A DNA stretch of 48,378 nt from an uncultured Candidatus Saccharibacteria bacterium (GCA_964520295.1 CAZFMQ010000002.1:1-48378); one strand, 5' to 3'. Numbered from the stretch's first letter, positions 9,456-17,723 are shown. The notes: generated by a model not told the origin, from the letters alone. Made by a program: numbers and translations.

Positions 9456-9929
9456 ATGAGCAAGTGTCGGATGACTCCGCGAGATTTCTTTGTCACGCGG
9501 CTCAATGCTCTGCAGCACACGCTGCAGAGCCTCCGTCGGCGCCTGCCGTCGGCGGACTTCAGCGAGGCGGAGAAGATCTCCGACTCGTTGGAGCAGCTGC
9601 TCCGCGACTACAAGGCCTCGGACGCCGCCACCGCGGTCGGGGCTCTCACGAACCTCGACCGCAGCATGGTGACGGCGACGCTGTTTGCGTCGCCGAACAC
9701 CAAGGCCGAACCCAAGCGGGAGAGGAAGACGAAGCGCCCCATCACGGGGCACTTCGTCACCGACGCCACCGAGGTGGCGTCGGCTTCCGCGACCGGCGGA
9801 CCGATCGCGGGTCTCACCCGCGACATGGTCAACGCGGCGCGCGCTCAGGCGCGCGCCGTCAACGCGCCGATCCCGCCCCGCGGGGCGGCTATCAAGCTCC
9901 CCAAGAAGGCGGGGGGCAAGAAGGGCTGA
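9456..9929 (+). CDS. Orphan high-GC protein (157 aa) with helical N-terminus and Lys/Gly/Pro-rich basic tail; no family recognised
   Basis: AAAGGAGG (9443-9450) lies 5 nt before ATG 9456. Third codon positions are almost all G/C in this frame only. Own promoter and terminator. Confidence 0.6.
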   Translation: MSKCRMTPRDFFVTRLNALQHTLQSLRRRLPSADFSEAEKISDSLEQLLRDYKASDAATAVGALTNLDRSMVTATLFASPNTKAEPKRERKTKRPITGHFVTDATEVASASATGGPIAGLTRDMVNAARAQARAVNAPIPPRGAAIKLPKKAGGKKG

Positions 9930-9951
9930 TCCTGTGAAGGGTCAGCCCGCA

Positions 9952-9986
9952 GGCGAGTTCCAATCGGAGCTTGCCTTTTTTTATTT
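9952..9986 (+). terminator. Rho-independent terminator
   Basis: GGCGAGTTCC(9952-9961)/GGAGCTTGCC(9966-9975), 10-bp stem including G-U pairs, loop AATC, then TTTTTTTATTT. Confidence 0.7.
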
Positions 9987-10005
9987 GTGCTTAGTTACTA
10001 AGCAC
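9987..10005. promoter_or_regulatory. Perfect 9-1-9 palindrome, candidate operator upstream of uvrA
   Basis: GTGCTTAGT-T-ACTAAGCAC. A 1-nt centre cannot form a hairpin loop, so a dimeric protein site is more plausible. About 20 nt upstream of a TGCTATACT -10-like element (10027-10035). Confidence 0.35.
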
Positions 10006-10089
10006 GCTGTCGGAACACGCGCGCAAGTGCTATACTGCGCTCATAGCAACCCCCCCAGAGCACATGCAGGGGGCTTTGGTGCTACATAT

Positions 10090-12756
10090 ATGACACACGC
10101 AAACAAAGACAAAGCAGATAAACACAAGGGCGGAGATAAAATTGTGGTGAAGGGCGCACGTACGCACAACCTCAAAAACATCACCGTTGAAATGCCACGC
10201 AATAAGATGGTGGTATTTACTGGTTTGTCGGGTTCAGGAAAATCATCATTGGCATTTGATACTATTTTTGCCGAAGGTCAGCGCCGGTACGTGGAATCAC
10301 TCTCGGCATACGCGCGCCAATTCATCAGTCAAATGCCGAAACCAGATGTGGATGAGATTTCGGGTTTGTCGCCGGCAATTTCCATTGATCAAAAATCACG
10401 TTCAAATAATCCGCGCTCAACGGTGGCAACGATTACTGAGATTTATGACTACCTACGTATTTTGTATGCACGTATTGGCGTGCCGTACTGCTTGATGTGT
10501 GGTGAACCCATCAAGCGTCTCACCAATGAAGAAATTCAGGGATTTATTTTAGAACGCATTGGCACGCACACGAAAGGCATGAAAGCGCGCGCGCAAAAAG
10601 ATTTGAAAGAAGCAGTGACTGATGCAACAGGGGACGCGCCCGCGCTGGCGCTGTACGCGCCTATTGTGCGCGGGCGCAAAGGAGAGTACTACCAGCAACT
10701 CTATGACATGCTCAATCGTGGTTACAGCGAAGTGCTCGTTGATGGTCAGCACAAAAAATTGCGCGAGCAAATTGTGTTGGAAAAAAACAAAAAACACGAC
10801 ATTGATATTCTCGTAGACCGCATCGCACTGGTGGATTTTGTAGATGGACGCGATGGAGCGGTGGAACGACTACGTGAGGGGCTTGAACGCGCACTCAATG
10901 AAGCCAATGGCTTAGTGCGGGTGGTGATCACCGGTGCGGACACCTTTGCCAAAAAGGGTACCAATGACATCGGTACACTCATGTCATCACAATTTTCATG
11001 TCCAAATGACGGCTACTCATACCCCGAGATTGAACCGCGCTTATTCTCATTCAATTCACCGTACGGTGCGTGTCCCGAATGTAACGGACTTGGTACACAA
11101 GAGTTTTTTATCAATGAACCATGCACTGCCTGTGAAGGTGCACGTCTGCGCCCTGAAGCTTTGCATGTGCGCATTGGTGGAAAAAATATCGTGGAGGCAG
11201 CGGCACTCTCGGTTGAGGATGCACACACCTTTTTCACCACACTGAAACTGACCGATACCGAAAAAGAAATCTCACAGGTCGTCATCCGTGAAATTACTGA
11301 CCGTCTGCGCTTCATGTTGGACGTGGGCATTAGTTATCTAACGCTTGACCGTCGTGCGCACACGCTTTCGGGTGGTGAAGCACAACGTATTCGTCTTGCA
11401 TCTCAATTGGGAAGCGGACTCGTTGGCGCATTGTACGTGCTGGATGAGCCAACAATTGGATTGCACTCGCGCGATAACGATCGTCTTATTCAAACACTGC
11501 AAAATCTCCGTGATCTCGGCAACACCATTGTCGTGGTGGAGCACGATGAAGACACTATTTTTTCATCGGATTACATCGTAGACATTGGTCCGGGTGCGGG
11601 TGTGCACGGCGGTAATGTTGTGCTCGCAGGTGATTTGGAAGCATTATTGTCGGCAAAAGAAGCACCAAAAACAAAATCACTCACGTTGCCGTATTTGCGT
11701 GGCGAAAAAGAAATTCCCATTCCAGAAAAACGACGCACCGCGGATAAGGGGACGCTGAAAATCCGTGGTGGCAAAGTATTCAATATCAAAAACCTCAACG
11801 TGGATATTCCGTTGGGCAAATTCATCACGGTGACAGGTGTGTCGGGTTCGGGCAAATCGTCGTTTATGTATGAGATTGTGCACAAAAACTTGCTCGCACG
11901 TCTTGAGCGTAAACACCGCAGTGCACAGACATTCAACTGTAACTCATTCACTGGTTCGGAGTACGTCTCGCGCGTCATTATGATTGATCAATCACCGATT
12001 GGTCGCACGTCGCGTTCAAACCCTGCAACATACACGGGCGCCTTTACACATATTCGCGATATGTTCGCATCCACTGCCGAAGCGCGTGCGCGCGGGTGGA
12101 GAAGCAACCGTTTTTCATTCAACGTCAAAGGCGGTCGCTGTGAAGCGTGTGAAGGTAAGGGAGAAATTGCTGTGGAGATGCACTTTTTGCCGACGGTGTA
12201 TGTGACGTGCGATGTGTGCCACGGCAAACGCTTTATGAAAGAAACATTGGAGGTGGAGTATCGCGGCAAAAATATCCACGATGTACTCTCCATGACGGTT
12301 GAAGAGGCGCTCAATTTTTTCAACGATATTCCTGCCATTCACGACCGGCTCAAAACGCTTGCGGATGTGGGCTTGGGCTACTTGTGTTTGGGACAGTCGG
12401 CAACGACGCTTTCCGGTGGTGAATCTCAGCGCGTCAAAATATCATCAGAGCTGTATCGTCAGCATGTCCAAAAAACCATCTACTTACTGGATGAGCCGAC
12501 GATTGGATTGCACTATGAAGACGTGGCAAAACTGATTGATATTTTGCAGTTGTTGGTCAATCACGGCAATACGGTGATGCTCATTGAGCACAACTTAGAT
12601 ATCGTCAAAAACTCCGACTATCTTATTGATATTGGTCCGGAAGGTGGTGTGGGTGGCGGACAGTTGGTGGCGCACGGTACACCTGAAGAGGTGGCGGATT
12701 CCGGTACGCATACAGGCAAATACCTCAAACGATTACTCAAGAAGCGTAAGAAGTAG
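10090..12756 (+). CDS. uvrA: Excinuclease ABC subunit UvrA
   Basis: [13 protein letters not shown], two ABC modules ([18 protein letters not shown]; [16 protein letters not shown]) and zinc-finger Cys clusters. The start is set at ATG 10090; the upstream ORF-track extension is an open shadow frame in the high-GC insert. Confidence 0.95.
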   Translation: MTHANKDKADKHKGGDKIVVKGARTHNLKNITVEMPRNKMVVFTGLSGSGKSSLAFDTIFAEGQRRYVESLSAYARQFISQMPKPDVDEISGLSPAISIDQKSRSNNPRSTVATITEIYDYLRILYARIGVPYCLMCGEPIKRLTNEEIQGFILERIGTHTKGMKARAQKDLKEAVTDATGDAPALALYAPIVRGRKGEYYQQLYDMLNRGYSEVLVDGQHKKLREQIVLEKNKKHDIDILVDRIALVDFVDGRDGAVERLREGLERALNEANGLVRVVITGADTFAKKGTNDIGTLMSSQFSCPNDGYSYPEIEPRLFSFNSPYGACPECNGLGTQEFFINEPCTACEGARLRPEALHVRIGGKNIVEAAALSVEDAHTFFTTLKLTDTEKEISQVVIREITDRLRFMLDVGISYLTLDRRAHTLSGGEAQRIRLASQLGSGLVGALYVLDEPTIGLHSRDNDRLIQTLQNLRDLGNTIVVVEHDEDTIFSSDYIVDIGPGAGVHGGNVVLAGDLEALLSAKEAPKTKSLTLPYLRGEKEIPIPEKRRTADKGTLKIRGGKVFNIKNLNVDIPLGKFITVTGVSGSGKSSFMYEIVHKNLLARLERKHRSAQTFNCNSFTGSEYVSRVIMIDQSPIGRTSRSNPATYTGAFTHIRDMFASTAEARARGWRSNRFSFNVKGGRCEACEGKGEIAVEMHFLPTVYVTCDVCHGKRFMKETLEVEYRGKNIHDVLSMTVEEALNFFNDIPAIHDRLKTLADVGLGYLCLGQSATTLSGGESQRVKISSELYRQHVQKTIYLLDEPTIGLHYEDVAKLIDILQLLVNHGNTVMLIEHNLDIVKNSDYLIDIGPEGGVGGGQLVAHGTPEEVADSGTHTGKYLKRLLKKRKK

Positions 12757-12757
12757 T

Positions 12758-13963
12758 ATGACTATCCCGCGCGCACGTATACAAACACTTCCTGACGCGC
12801 CCGGCGTGTATTTTTTCAAGCGTGGCAGTACCGTGCTCTATATTGGCAAAGCAACTTCATTGCGTGATCGCGTGCGCAGTTATTTTGGCAGTGATTTGCT
12901 GGAGACACGCGGGCCGCGGTTGGTGCAGATGATGGAACAGGCAACGACGATCGCGTATGAACAGACGGATTCAGTGCTGGAGGCGCTCATTTTGGAGGCG
13001 GCGCTTATTCGCAAGCATGAACCACACTACAACGCGATAGAAAAAGATAATAAAAGTTTTCAGTACGTCGTGATTACGGATGAGGAGTATCCGCGTGTGT
13101 ATACCGTGCGCGGGCGAGAATTATTGATCGGCGGTGATGTGCCATTTCAGCACACCTTTGGTCCGTTTGTCAGCGGTAGTCAGTTACGTGCCGCACTCTC
13201 CATCATTCGCAAGATTTTTCCATTTCGTGGAAAACGTGATGCGCCACTTGCTCGCGAAAAACGACGCTCGCGTGTGTATCAAGAATTAGGTCTTGCACCA
13301 GATGTATCTACAGTGTCGGCAGAGCAGTATGCGCGCACCATACGCCACGTGGTGTTGTTGTTTGAAGGAAAGAAAAAACAGTTAGTACGCGCGCTGGAGC
13401 GCGAGATGCGCGCGCACGCCCGTGCGCGCGCCTTTGAACGCGCCGAAGAGGTAAAACGTCAGATTTTTGCATTGCAACACATCAATGATGTGGCATTACT
13501 CACGTCTGAACAAAAACACACAGAGGGTTTGGCACGTATTGAAGCGTATGATGTCGCACACACGAGTGAAAAAAATAGAATCGGTGTGATGACGGTCGTG
13601 TCGGGTACTGAACCACAGCGAAGTGCGTATCGCGTGTTTAATATCAAAAGCGCACGGGCGGGGGACACGCACGCACTCGCTGAAGTACTGGAGCGTCGTT
13701 TTGGCCACATGGAATGGCCGTTACCGCAGTTGTTGGTGGTAGATGGTAGCACCGCGCAGATTCGCGCGGCAGAGGGTGTTTTGAAAGCATTTGGTTATCA
13801 GATTCCCGTGGTTGCCGTTACAAAAGATGCACGACACCGCCCTCAGAGAATACAAGGTAAAAAAGAAAATATAACAGGGAATGAGACCGCGATACTGCTG
13901 GCAAATGCTGAAGCGCACCGATTTTCTCTTGCAAAACACCGCACAAAACGCTCACGATTTTAG
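12758..13963 (+). CDS. uvrC: Excinuclease ABC subunit UvrC, short form (401 aa; no C-terminal HhH region)
   Basis: N-terminal GIY-YIG (GVYFFKRGSTVLYIGKATSLRDRV), a UVR-like helix (FERAEEVKRQIFALQHI) and an RNase H-like endonuclease region (IEAYDVAHTS...LLVVDG). ATG 12758 lies 2 nt after the uvrA stop. Confidence 0.88.
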   Translation: MTIPRARIQTLPDAPGVYFFKRGSTVLYIGKATSLRDRVRSYFGSDLLETRGPRLVQMMEQATTIAYEQTDSVLEALILEAALIRKHEPHYNAIEKDNKSFQYVVITDEEYPRVYTVRGRELLIGGDVPFQHTFGPFVSGSQLRAALSIIRKIFPFRGKRDAPLAREKRRSRVYQELGLAPDVSTVSAEQYARTIRHVVLLFEGKKKQLVRALEREMRAHARARAFERAEEVKRQIFALQHINDVALLTSEQKHTEGLARIEAYDVAHTSEKNRIGVMTVVSGTEPQRSAYRVFNIKSARAGDTHALAEVLERRFGHMEWPLPQLLVVDGSTAQIRAAEGVLKAFGYQIPVVAVTKDARHRPQRIQGKKENITGNETAILLANAEAHRFSLAKHRTKRSRF

Positions 13964-13968
13964 AGGGG

Positions 13969-13996
13969 TTGACAAAAAGCAATAGTAGAATATAAT
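13969..13996 (+). promoter_or_regulatory. Consensus sigma70-type promoter
   Basis: TTGACA (13969-13974), 16-nt spacer, TATAAT (13991-13996). Confidence 0.6.
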
Positions 13997-14000
13997 TTTA

Positions 14001-14117
14001 GGCACGGTGGACAAAAACGTGCCACCTAAGGCAGTACACCACGGCCGAAGCAACCCGCGTCCTAAGGGACGCGGGCGGGGTCAAGGAGTGAATCTACTTC
14101 TTGGCCCTTTTTTATTT
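14001..14117 (+). ncRNA. Unclassified structured small RNA or terminator-containing leader (~117 nt)
   Basis: Starts just after a consensus promoter. Mutually exclusive 5' helices: GGCACG/CGTGCC versus GGTGG/CCACC. Perfect 9-bp hairpin CCCGCGTCC-TAAG-GGACGCGGG (14054-14075). Terminator GGTCAAGGAG/CTTCTTGGCC (14079-14106) plus TTTTTTATTT. GC-rich relative to the flanks, with no credible ORF. Confidence 0.5.
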
Positions 14118-14131
14118 GCTATACTTTCTGT

Positions 14132-15025
14132 ATGCAAAAACAGCGCATCGGTGTGCTTCGTGGTGGAAAAGGGAAAGAGTATCACGCATCACTTGCGTCG
14201 GGTAAATCAGTACTCAAGGCATTACCACGAGAGCAATTTGAACCTATAGATATTTTTGTTGACCGTGAAGGTGTGTGGCACGTTGGCGGTTATCCGTTAT
14301 CTCCCGACAAGGCACTCAAATATATTGATGTCGCTTGGAACACACTCTTGGGGCAGAATGCTGCGGGTGATATTCAACGTACGCTGGAGTCACTCGGTAT
14401 CCCGTACACAGGCACCAAAGCTATGCCATCGGCTATTGCGTCGCATCGCGTACACGCGCGCAAACGACTAGCAGATAGCGGTATTGCGGTTCCTGCACAT
14501 ACAACAGTCAATATACAGGAGCATGACATGGCGCACGTCTGTGAAGTATTTAGAACATTTCCGCAACCTGCTCGTGTGAGTCCGGTGTGGAGCTCAATCC
14601 AAAATGCGTGTGTGCAAAGTTTCGGTCAATTGCAAGAAGCAGTTTCGTATTATGGCAATGAAGACCCCGTCGTGTTTTTAGATACCATTGTGCACGGCAC
14701 ACCTGTGTCCGTTGCGGTGGTTGAAAATGTACGCGGACAGCGATCATATGCAGCGTCTATTGTGGATGCATCAGGTGCTGTAGCGCGTTTATCCAATGAG
14801 GAGCGAGAGCGAGTGCTCGACACTGCAACACGAGCACACACGGCAATTGCTGCGCGCCACTACTCACTCGTTGAGTTGGTGGTGTCTCCGCGTGGTGTGT
14901 ACGTTATTGATGTAAAAACAGCGCCAGTACTGCACGATGGCGCATTGGTGCGACACTCTCTTGAAAATGTGGGCATGCCATTCTCATCATTTTTGGGGCA
15001 CGTTATCTCTTTGGTGCACGACTAA
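14132..15025 (+). CDS. ddl: D-alanine--D-alanine ligase family protein
   Basis: 297 aa. N-terminus RIGVLRGGKGKEYHASLASGKSVLKAL is Ddl-like, followed by an ATP-grasp-like remainder. TATACT -10 (14120-14125) lies 6 nt before the ATG. Confidence 0.8.
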   Translation: MQKQRIGVLRGGKGKEYHASLASGKSVLKALPREQFEPIDIFVDREGVWHVGGYPLSPDKALKYIDVAWNTLLGQNAAGDIQRTLESLGIPYTGTKAMPSAIASHRVHARKRLADSGIAVPAHTTVNIQEHDMAHVCEVFRTFPQPARVSPVWSSIQNACVQSFGQLQEAVSYYGNEDPVVFLDTIVHGTPVSVAVVENVRGQRSYAASIVDASGAVARLSNEERERVLDTATRAHTAIAARHYSLVELVVSPRGVYVIDVKTAPVLHDGALVRHSLENVGMPFSSFLGHVISLVHD

Positions 15026-15551
15026 GTACGAAGTGCACAGCCCATGCAATACCGGTGCCAACAAGCGCGCCGCCGATAATATCGGACGGATAGTGTACGC
15101 CTGCAATGATACGACTGATACCAATGAGTGTGCCGAGTGTATAGACCACGGCGGCGGCGCGTTTTTCACGAAGGAGGAACAAGAAGGTAGCGAGTGCAAA
15201 TGCAAAGCTCGTGTGCCCTGAAGGGAACGAAGGAATGATTTCAGTAATGAGAAACGGCGTGCTGTGTTCCCACAGTGGTCGTGTGCGCCCGATGATGTCA
15301 CGAATGATTTCGGTGATACCGTAGGAGCTTGAAAGGGTCAGGACAAGCGCAGAAAGGTCTCGGGAGAGGGAGGCGCGACGTTTTTTGAAAACGTCGCGCC
15401 GTACTACATCTACGATGACAAACGCAATGAGCACAAAAATCAGCACCACCGCGCACACGTAGACCACCACATCAAACCACATTACACGCCCCATGAGGCC
15501 ATTGAGTGCATGAAAGAGTGACGTATCAAGCTGTTGTAGTGTTTGTAGCAT
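15003..15551 (-). CDS. PAP2-family phosphatase (BcrC/PgpB-like, likely undecaprenyl-PP phosphatase)
   Basis: Motifs RTRP, PSGHTSFAF and SRIIAGVHYPSDIIGG; multi-TM. 3' end overlaps ddl convergently by 23 nt. Confidence 0.8.
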   Translation of the reverse strand: MLQTLQQLDTSLFHALNGLMGRVMWFDVVVYVCAVVLIFVLIAFVIVDVVRRDVFKKRRASLSRDLSALVLTLSSSYGITEIIRDIIGRTRPLWEHSTPFLITEIIPSFPSGHTSFAFALATFLFLLREKRAAAVVYTLGTLIGISRIIAGVHYPSDIIGGALVGTGIAWAVHFVLSRAPKR

Positions 15552-16316
15552 CTACCAGAGTATGAAGAAAAATAAAAGCGCGAGCACAATGCGGTACACA
15601 CCAAATGGTGTGAACGTGTGTGTTTTGATGTATTTGAGCAAAAAGGTGATGGCGCCCAGTGCTACAACAAACGATACACAAAAACCAACCGCCAACACGC
15701 CGAACATATCTGCAGTAAACGTATGGTAGCTCTGAAATAGATCCAATGCAGAAGCGGCAATCATTGTCGGCACAGCAAGGAGGAATGAGAACTCCACAAT
15801 TGCTGTACGTTTCAATCCGAGTAACAAACCGCCGATGATGGTGGATGCGGCACGCGATACACCTGGGACAACAGCAATTGTTTGGAAGAGGCCAATGCCA
15901 AGTGCTTGTTTGTATGAAATGTGTTCGGCAGTATCAAGTGCACCGGCACGCTCTGTGTGTAGTTTTTCAAACAGAATCAACGCGATACCACCGAGTAAGA
16001 GTGCCCACAGCACCACCGAACTGCCGAGCAAGTATGTTTTGATAATAGGGTAGAGAAGTGCGCCAATAACGGCTGTCGGCAAAAATGCTACAAAGAGTTT
16101 TTTGAGGAGCGCGATATTGCGTAGGCGTTTCCAGTAGAGCGCAATAACGGCGCCGATAGCACCGAGCTGTATAATCACTTCAAAACTTTTTACAAACTCT
16201 GTTTGTGGAATACCCAGCACTGCACTGGTGAGGATAAGGTGTCCTGTGGAGGAAATAGGTAAAAACTCCGTTACACCCTCTACGATACCAAGTATAATGC
16301 TGTGCCAGAGTTCCAT
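15552..16316 (-). CDS. uppP: Undecaprenyl-diphosphatase UppP/BacA
   Basis: 254 aa. GIVEGVTEFLPISSTGHLIL and PGVSRAASTI motifs; polytopic membrane protein. Confidence 0.92.
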   Translation of the reverse strand: MELWHSIILGIVEGVTEFLPISSTGHLILTSAVLGIPQTEFVKSFEVIIQLGAIGAVIALYWKRLRNIALLKKLFVAFLPTAVIGALLYPIIKTYLLGSSVVLWALLLGGIALILFEKLHTERAGALDTAEHISYKQALGIGLFQTIAVVPGVSRAASTIIGGLLLGLKRTAIVEFSFLLAVPTMIAASALDLFQSYHTFTADMFGVLAVGFCVSFVVALGAITFLLKYIKTHTFTPFGVYRIVLALLFFFILW

Positions 16317-16318
16317 GG

Positions 16319-17008
16319 TTATGCGTGTACACGTACTATCTTAGCAATGTTTTCTGATTTTTGAATGTGTACGATGTCGCCATCAACAAGTTGGAAAAAA
16401 TCATCCTGATTGTCGGCATAGCATACCGCGGGTCCGCGCGCGATGGTGATAGCCAGCACGGTGTCTTCATGTGCCACAATATGATCAACACGTTCAACGC
16501 TGTTGTTGAATGCAAGACCGATACCTGTGGTGAAAGTGTTATCGGTGATGGAGCGATAGTAGCCCGTTGAACCAAGTGGGGTAGCGCAGACCACACCGTC
16601 ACCAATAATTTCGTGGTGTATTGGCTCATCATTCAGTGCGATGTGATACCGAATGGCGTAGCGCGGATCTGCATTGTGCACAATAACGTCGTTGAGTGCC
16701 TCCAATGAGCCGTGTGGGGTGCTAATGCGCAATTTGCTGTGCTCTTCAATGGTGTGCTGATCGTTGAAGAATGCTTCTAACACCGCTTCGTTGTTGTGTG
16801 CGTGTGCAAGTTTTGCAATACGACTGTTGCGCAAGAGGAGTTTTGGCACGCCGGGGTAGCGGTGTTCTGCACGCATGAGTGTACCATCACCACCGAAGGC
16901 AATGACATACTCGGGGTTTTTGTCGTCAATGACATACTGTGCCGCATACGGCGCAAGGAGCGCATCAAGTTTTGCATCATCGGTACTCACACAAGCGATT
17001 TTTTTCAT
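16319..17008 (-). CDS. nadK: NAD kinase (short form, 229 aa)
   Basis: AFGGDGTLMRA and PLGSTGYYRSI motifs. Confidence 0.85.
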   Translation of the reverse strand: MKKIACVSTDDAKLDALLAPYAAQYVIDDKNPEYVIAFGGDGTLMRAEHRYPGVPKLLLRNSRIAKLAHAHNNEAVLEAFFNDQHTIEEHSKLRISTPHGSLEALNDVIVHNADPRYAIRYHIALNDEPIHHEIIGDGVVCATPLGSTGYYRSITDNTFTTGIGLAFNNSVERVDHIVAHEDTVLAITIARGPAVCYADNQDDFFQLVDGDIVHIQKSENIAKIVRVHA

Positions 17009-17024
17009 ACAGTGATTATGTACT

Positions 17025-17095
17025 TCGGGCTGCTGAGAATTGAACTCAGTCTACACGCACCCGAAGCGTGCGTACTACCGGTATACGACAGCCCG
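17025..17095 (-). tRNA. tRNA-Pro (anticodon CGG)
   Basis: Hand-folded cloverleaf. Acceptor CGGGCTG/CAGCCCG, D arm GTAT-ACCGGTA-GTAC, anticodon arm CACGC-TTCGGGT-GCGTG, T arm CTGAG-TTCAATT-CTCAG, G37. No encoded CCA. Confidence 0.85.
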
Positions 17096-17217
17096 TTGCG
17101 TGTCATTGTACCAAATACTACGATGTACAAAAAGAAAACCCGCCTCCATTGCCCTAGAAAAATTGTGGCGGGGCGCACTAGGAATCTTGTTCAAAGAAAG
17201 TTCGAGTAAGTTTTGTT

Positions 17218-17293
17218 TGGTGGACCCTATCGGATTCGAACCGATGACCTCCTCATTGCAAATGAGGCGCTCTACCAACTAAGCTAAGGGCCC
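17218..17293 (-). tRNA. tRNA-Ala (anticodon UGC), CCA encoded
   Basis: Acceptor GGGCCCT/AGGGTCC with G3:U70. D arm GCTT-AGTTGGTA-GAGC, anticodon arm CCTCA-TTTGCAA-TGAGG, T arm ATCGG-TTCGAAT-CCGAT, discriminator A plus CCA. Confidence 0.92.
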
Positions 17294-17524
17294 AATTTTC
17301 TTCTTCAAAAACGTTCTGCCTTCAGCACTCTTCAAATATACCTCTCGTGCTCGCGCCTCTGCAAGTGTTGTGTATTCTTCAGTGTAGACAACACGAGCAT
17401 TTTTCATAGAGCGGGTTGTTTTTGTTTGTCCGCTCTGATGTTCTCCCACTCTGCGCGAAAGATCATTTGTAAGGCCTTTATACAACTTTCCATTTTCATC
17501 TTGCAATACATATACCGTATGCAT
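17279..17524 (-). CDS. Small GIY-YIG nuclease-superfamily protein (UPF0213/YhbQ-like, 81 aa)
   Basis: MHTVYVLQDENGKLYKGLTNDLSRRVGEHQSG...AEARAREVYLK fits GIY..YIG..R..E. The last four codons plus the stop (GPLA*) are tRNA-Ala nt 1-15. The ORF-track start 17581 runs through the tRNA-like echo and is rejected. Confidence 0.8.
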   Translation of the reverse strand: MHTVYVLQDENGKLYKGLTNDLSRRVGEHQSGQTKTTRSMKNARVVYTEEYTTLAEARAREVYLKSAEGRTFLKKKIGPLA

Positions 17525-17529
17525 AGAAG

Positions 17530-17625
17530 TGAGGCGCTCCCCGCCTGAATGATTGGCATCATGCAGTCGGGCAGGCACCAACTAAGTTTACCCGAATGGA
17601 CTTTGTCCAGGCGGGCTAAGGGCCC
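17530..17625 (-). repeat. Rearranged copy of the tRNA-Ala 5' half (acceptor to anticodon-stem strand) with two inserts forming an extended D-arm-like structure
   Basis: The minus strand reads GGGCCCTTAGC-[29 nt]-TTAGTTGGTG-[36 nt]-GAGCGCCTCA, versus the tRNA GGGCCCTTAGCTTAGTTGGTAGAGCGCCTCA. The inserts pair with each other (CCCGCCTG/CAGGCGGG, CGGG/CCCG). Similarity stops at the anticodon loop. Confidence 0.6.
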
Positions 17626-17723
17626 AAGTGTCTGCTATCAGACGGGAAAACTATAGCATAAAAACACTCATTGCAATAGTGGGCATGGGCACGGATTTCC
17701 GTGCTTTTCTGTATACTGTGGTC

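Noticed and set aside
9464-9937. Alternative 157-aa ORF (Arg/Gly-rich) and other overlapping ORFs on both strands in the high-GC insert
   Set aside because: Only the 9456 frame has G/C concentrated at third codon positions and a properly spaced AAAGGAGG. The others are the long spurious ORFs expected in GC-rich DNA.
9685-10089. 135-codon Arg/Pro-rich N-terminal extension of the uvrA ORF given in the ORF track
   Set aside because: It lies in an open shadow frame of the high-GC cassette and crosses that cassette's stop codon, terminator and the uvrA promoter-like region. The conserved UvrA N-terminus begins at ATG 10090.
14001-14117. Identity of the 14-kb RNA as SRP (4.5S) RNA or a known riboswitch
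   Set aside because: It has no GGAA/GNRA-capped helix 8. The AGCA-like and GGUCA-like strings sit on the wrong sides of the hairpin. I found no match to the TPP, SAM, preQ1, ZTP, fluoride, guanidine, glycine, c-di-GMP or NAD+ consensus cores as I remember them. It is left unclassified.
14007-14249. 80-aa ORF starting at GTG inside the 14.0-kb RNA
   Set aside because: It runs straight through the terminator hairpin and U-tract and overlaps ddl out of frame by about 118 nt, with no SD.
17218-17293. Reading the tRNA as Cys because GCA appears in the anticodon loop
   Set aside because: With the 7-nt loop TTTGCAA, positions 34-36 are TGC (Ala). The G3:U70 pair confirms alanine identity.
17525-17581. 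N-terminal extension of the GIY-YIG ORF (MVPARLHDANHSGGERLTS)
   Set aside because: It is a translation of the tRNA-like echo. The GIY-YIG family normally starts right at the first beta-strand (MHTVYVL).
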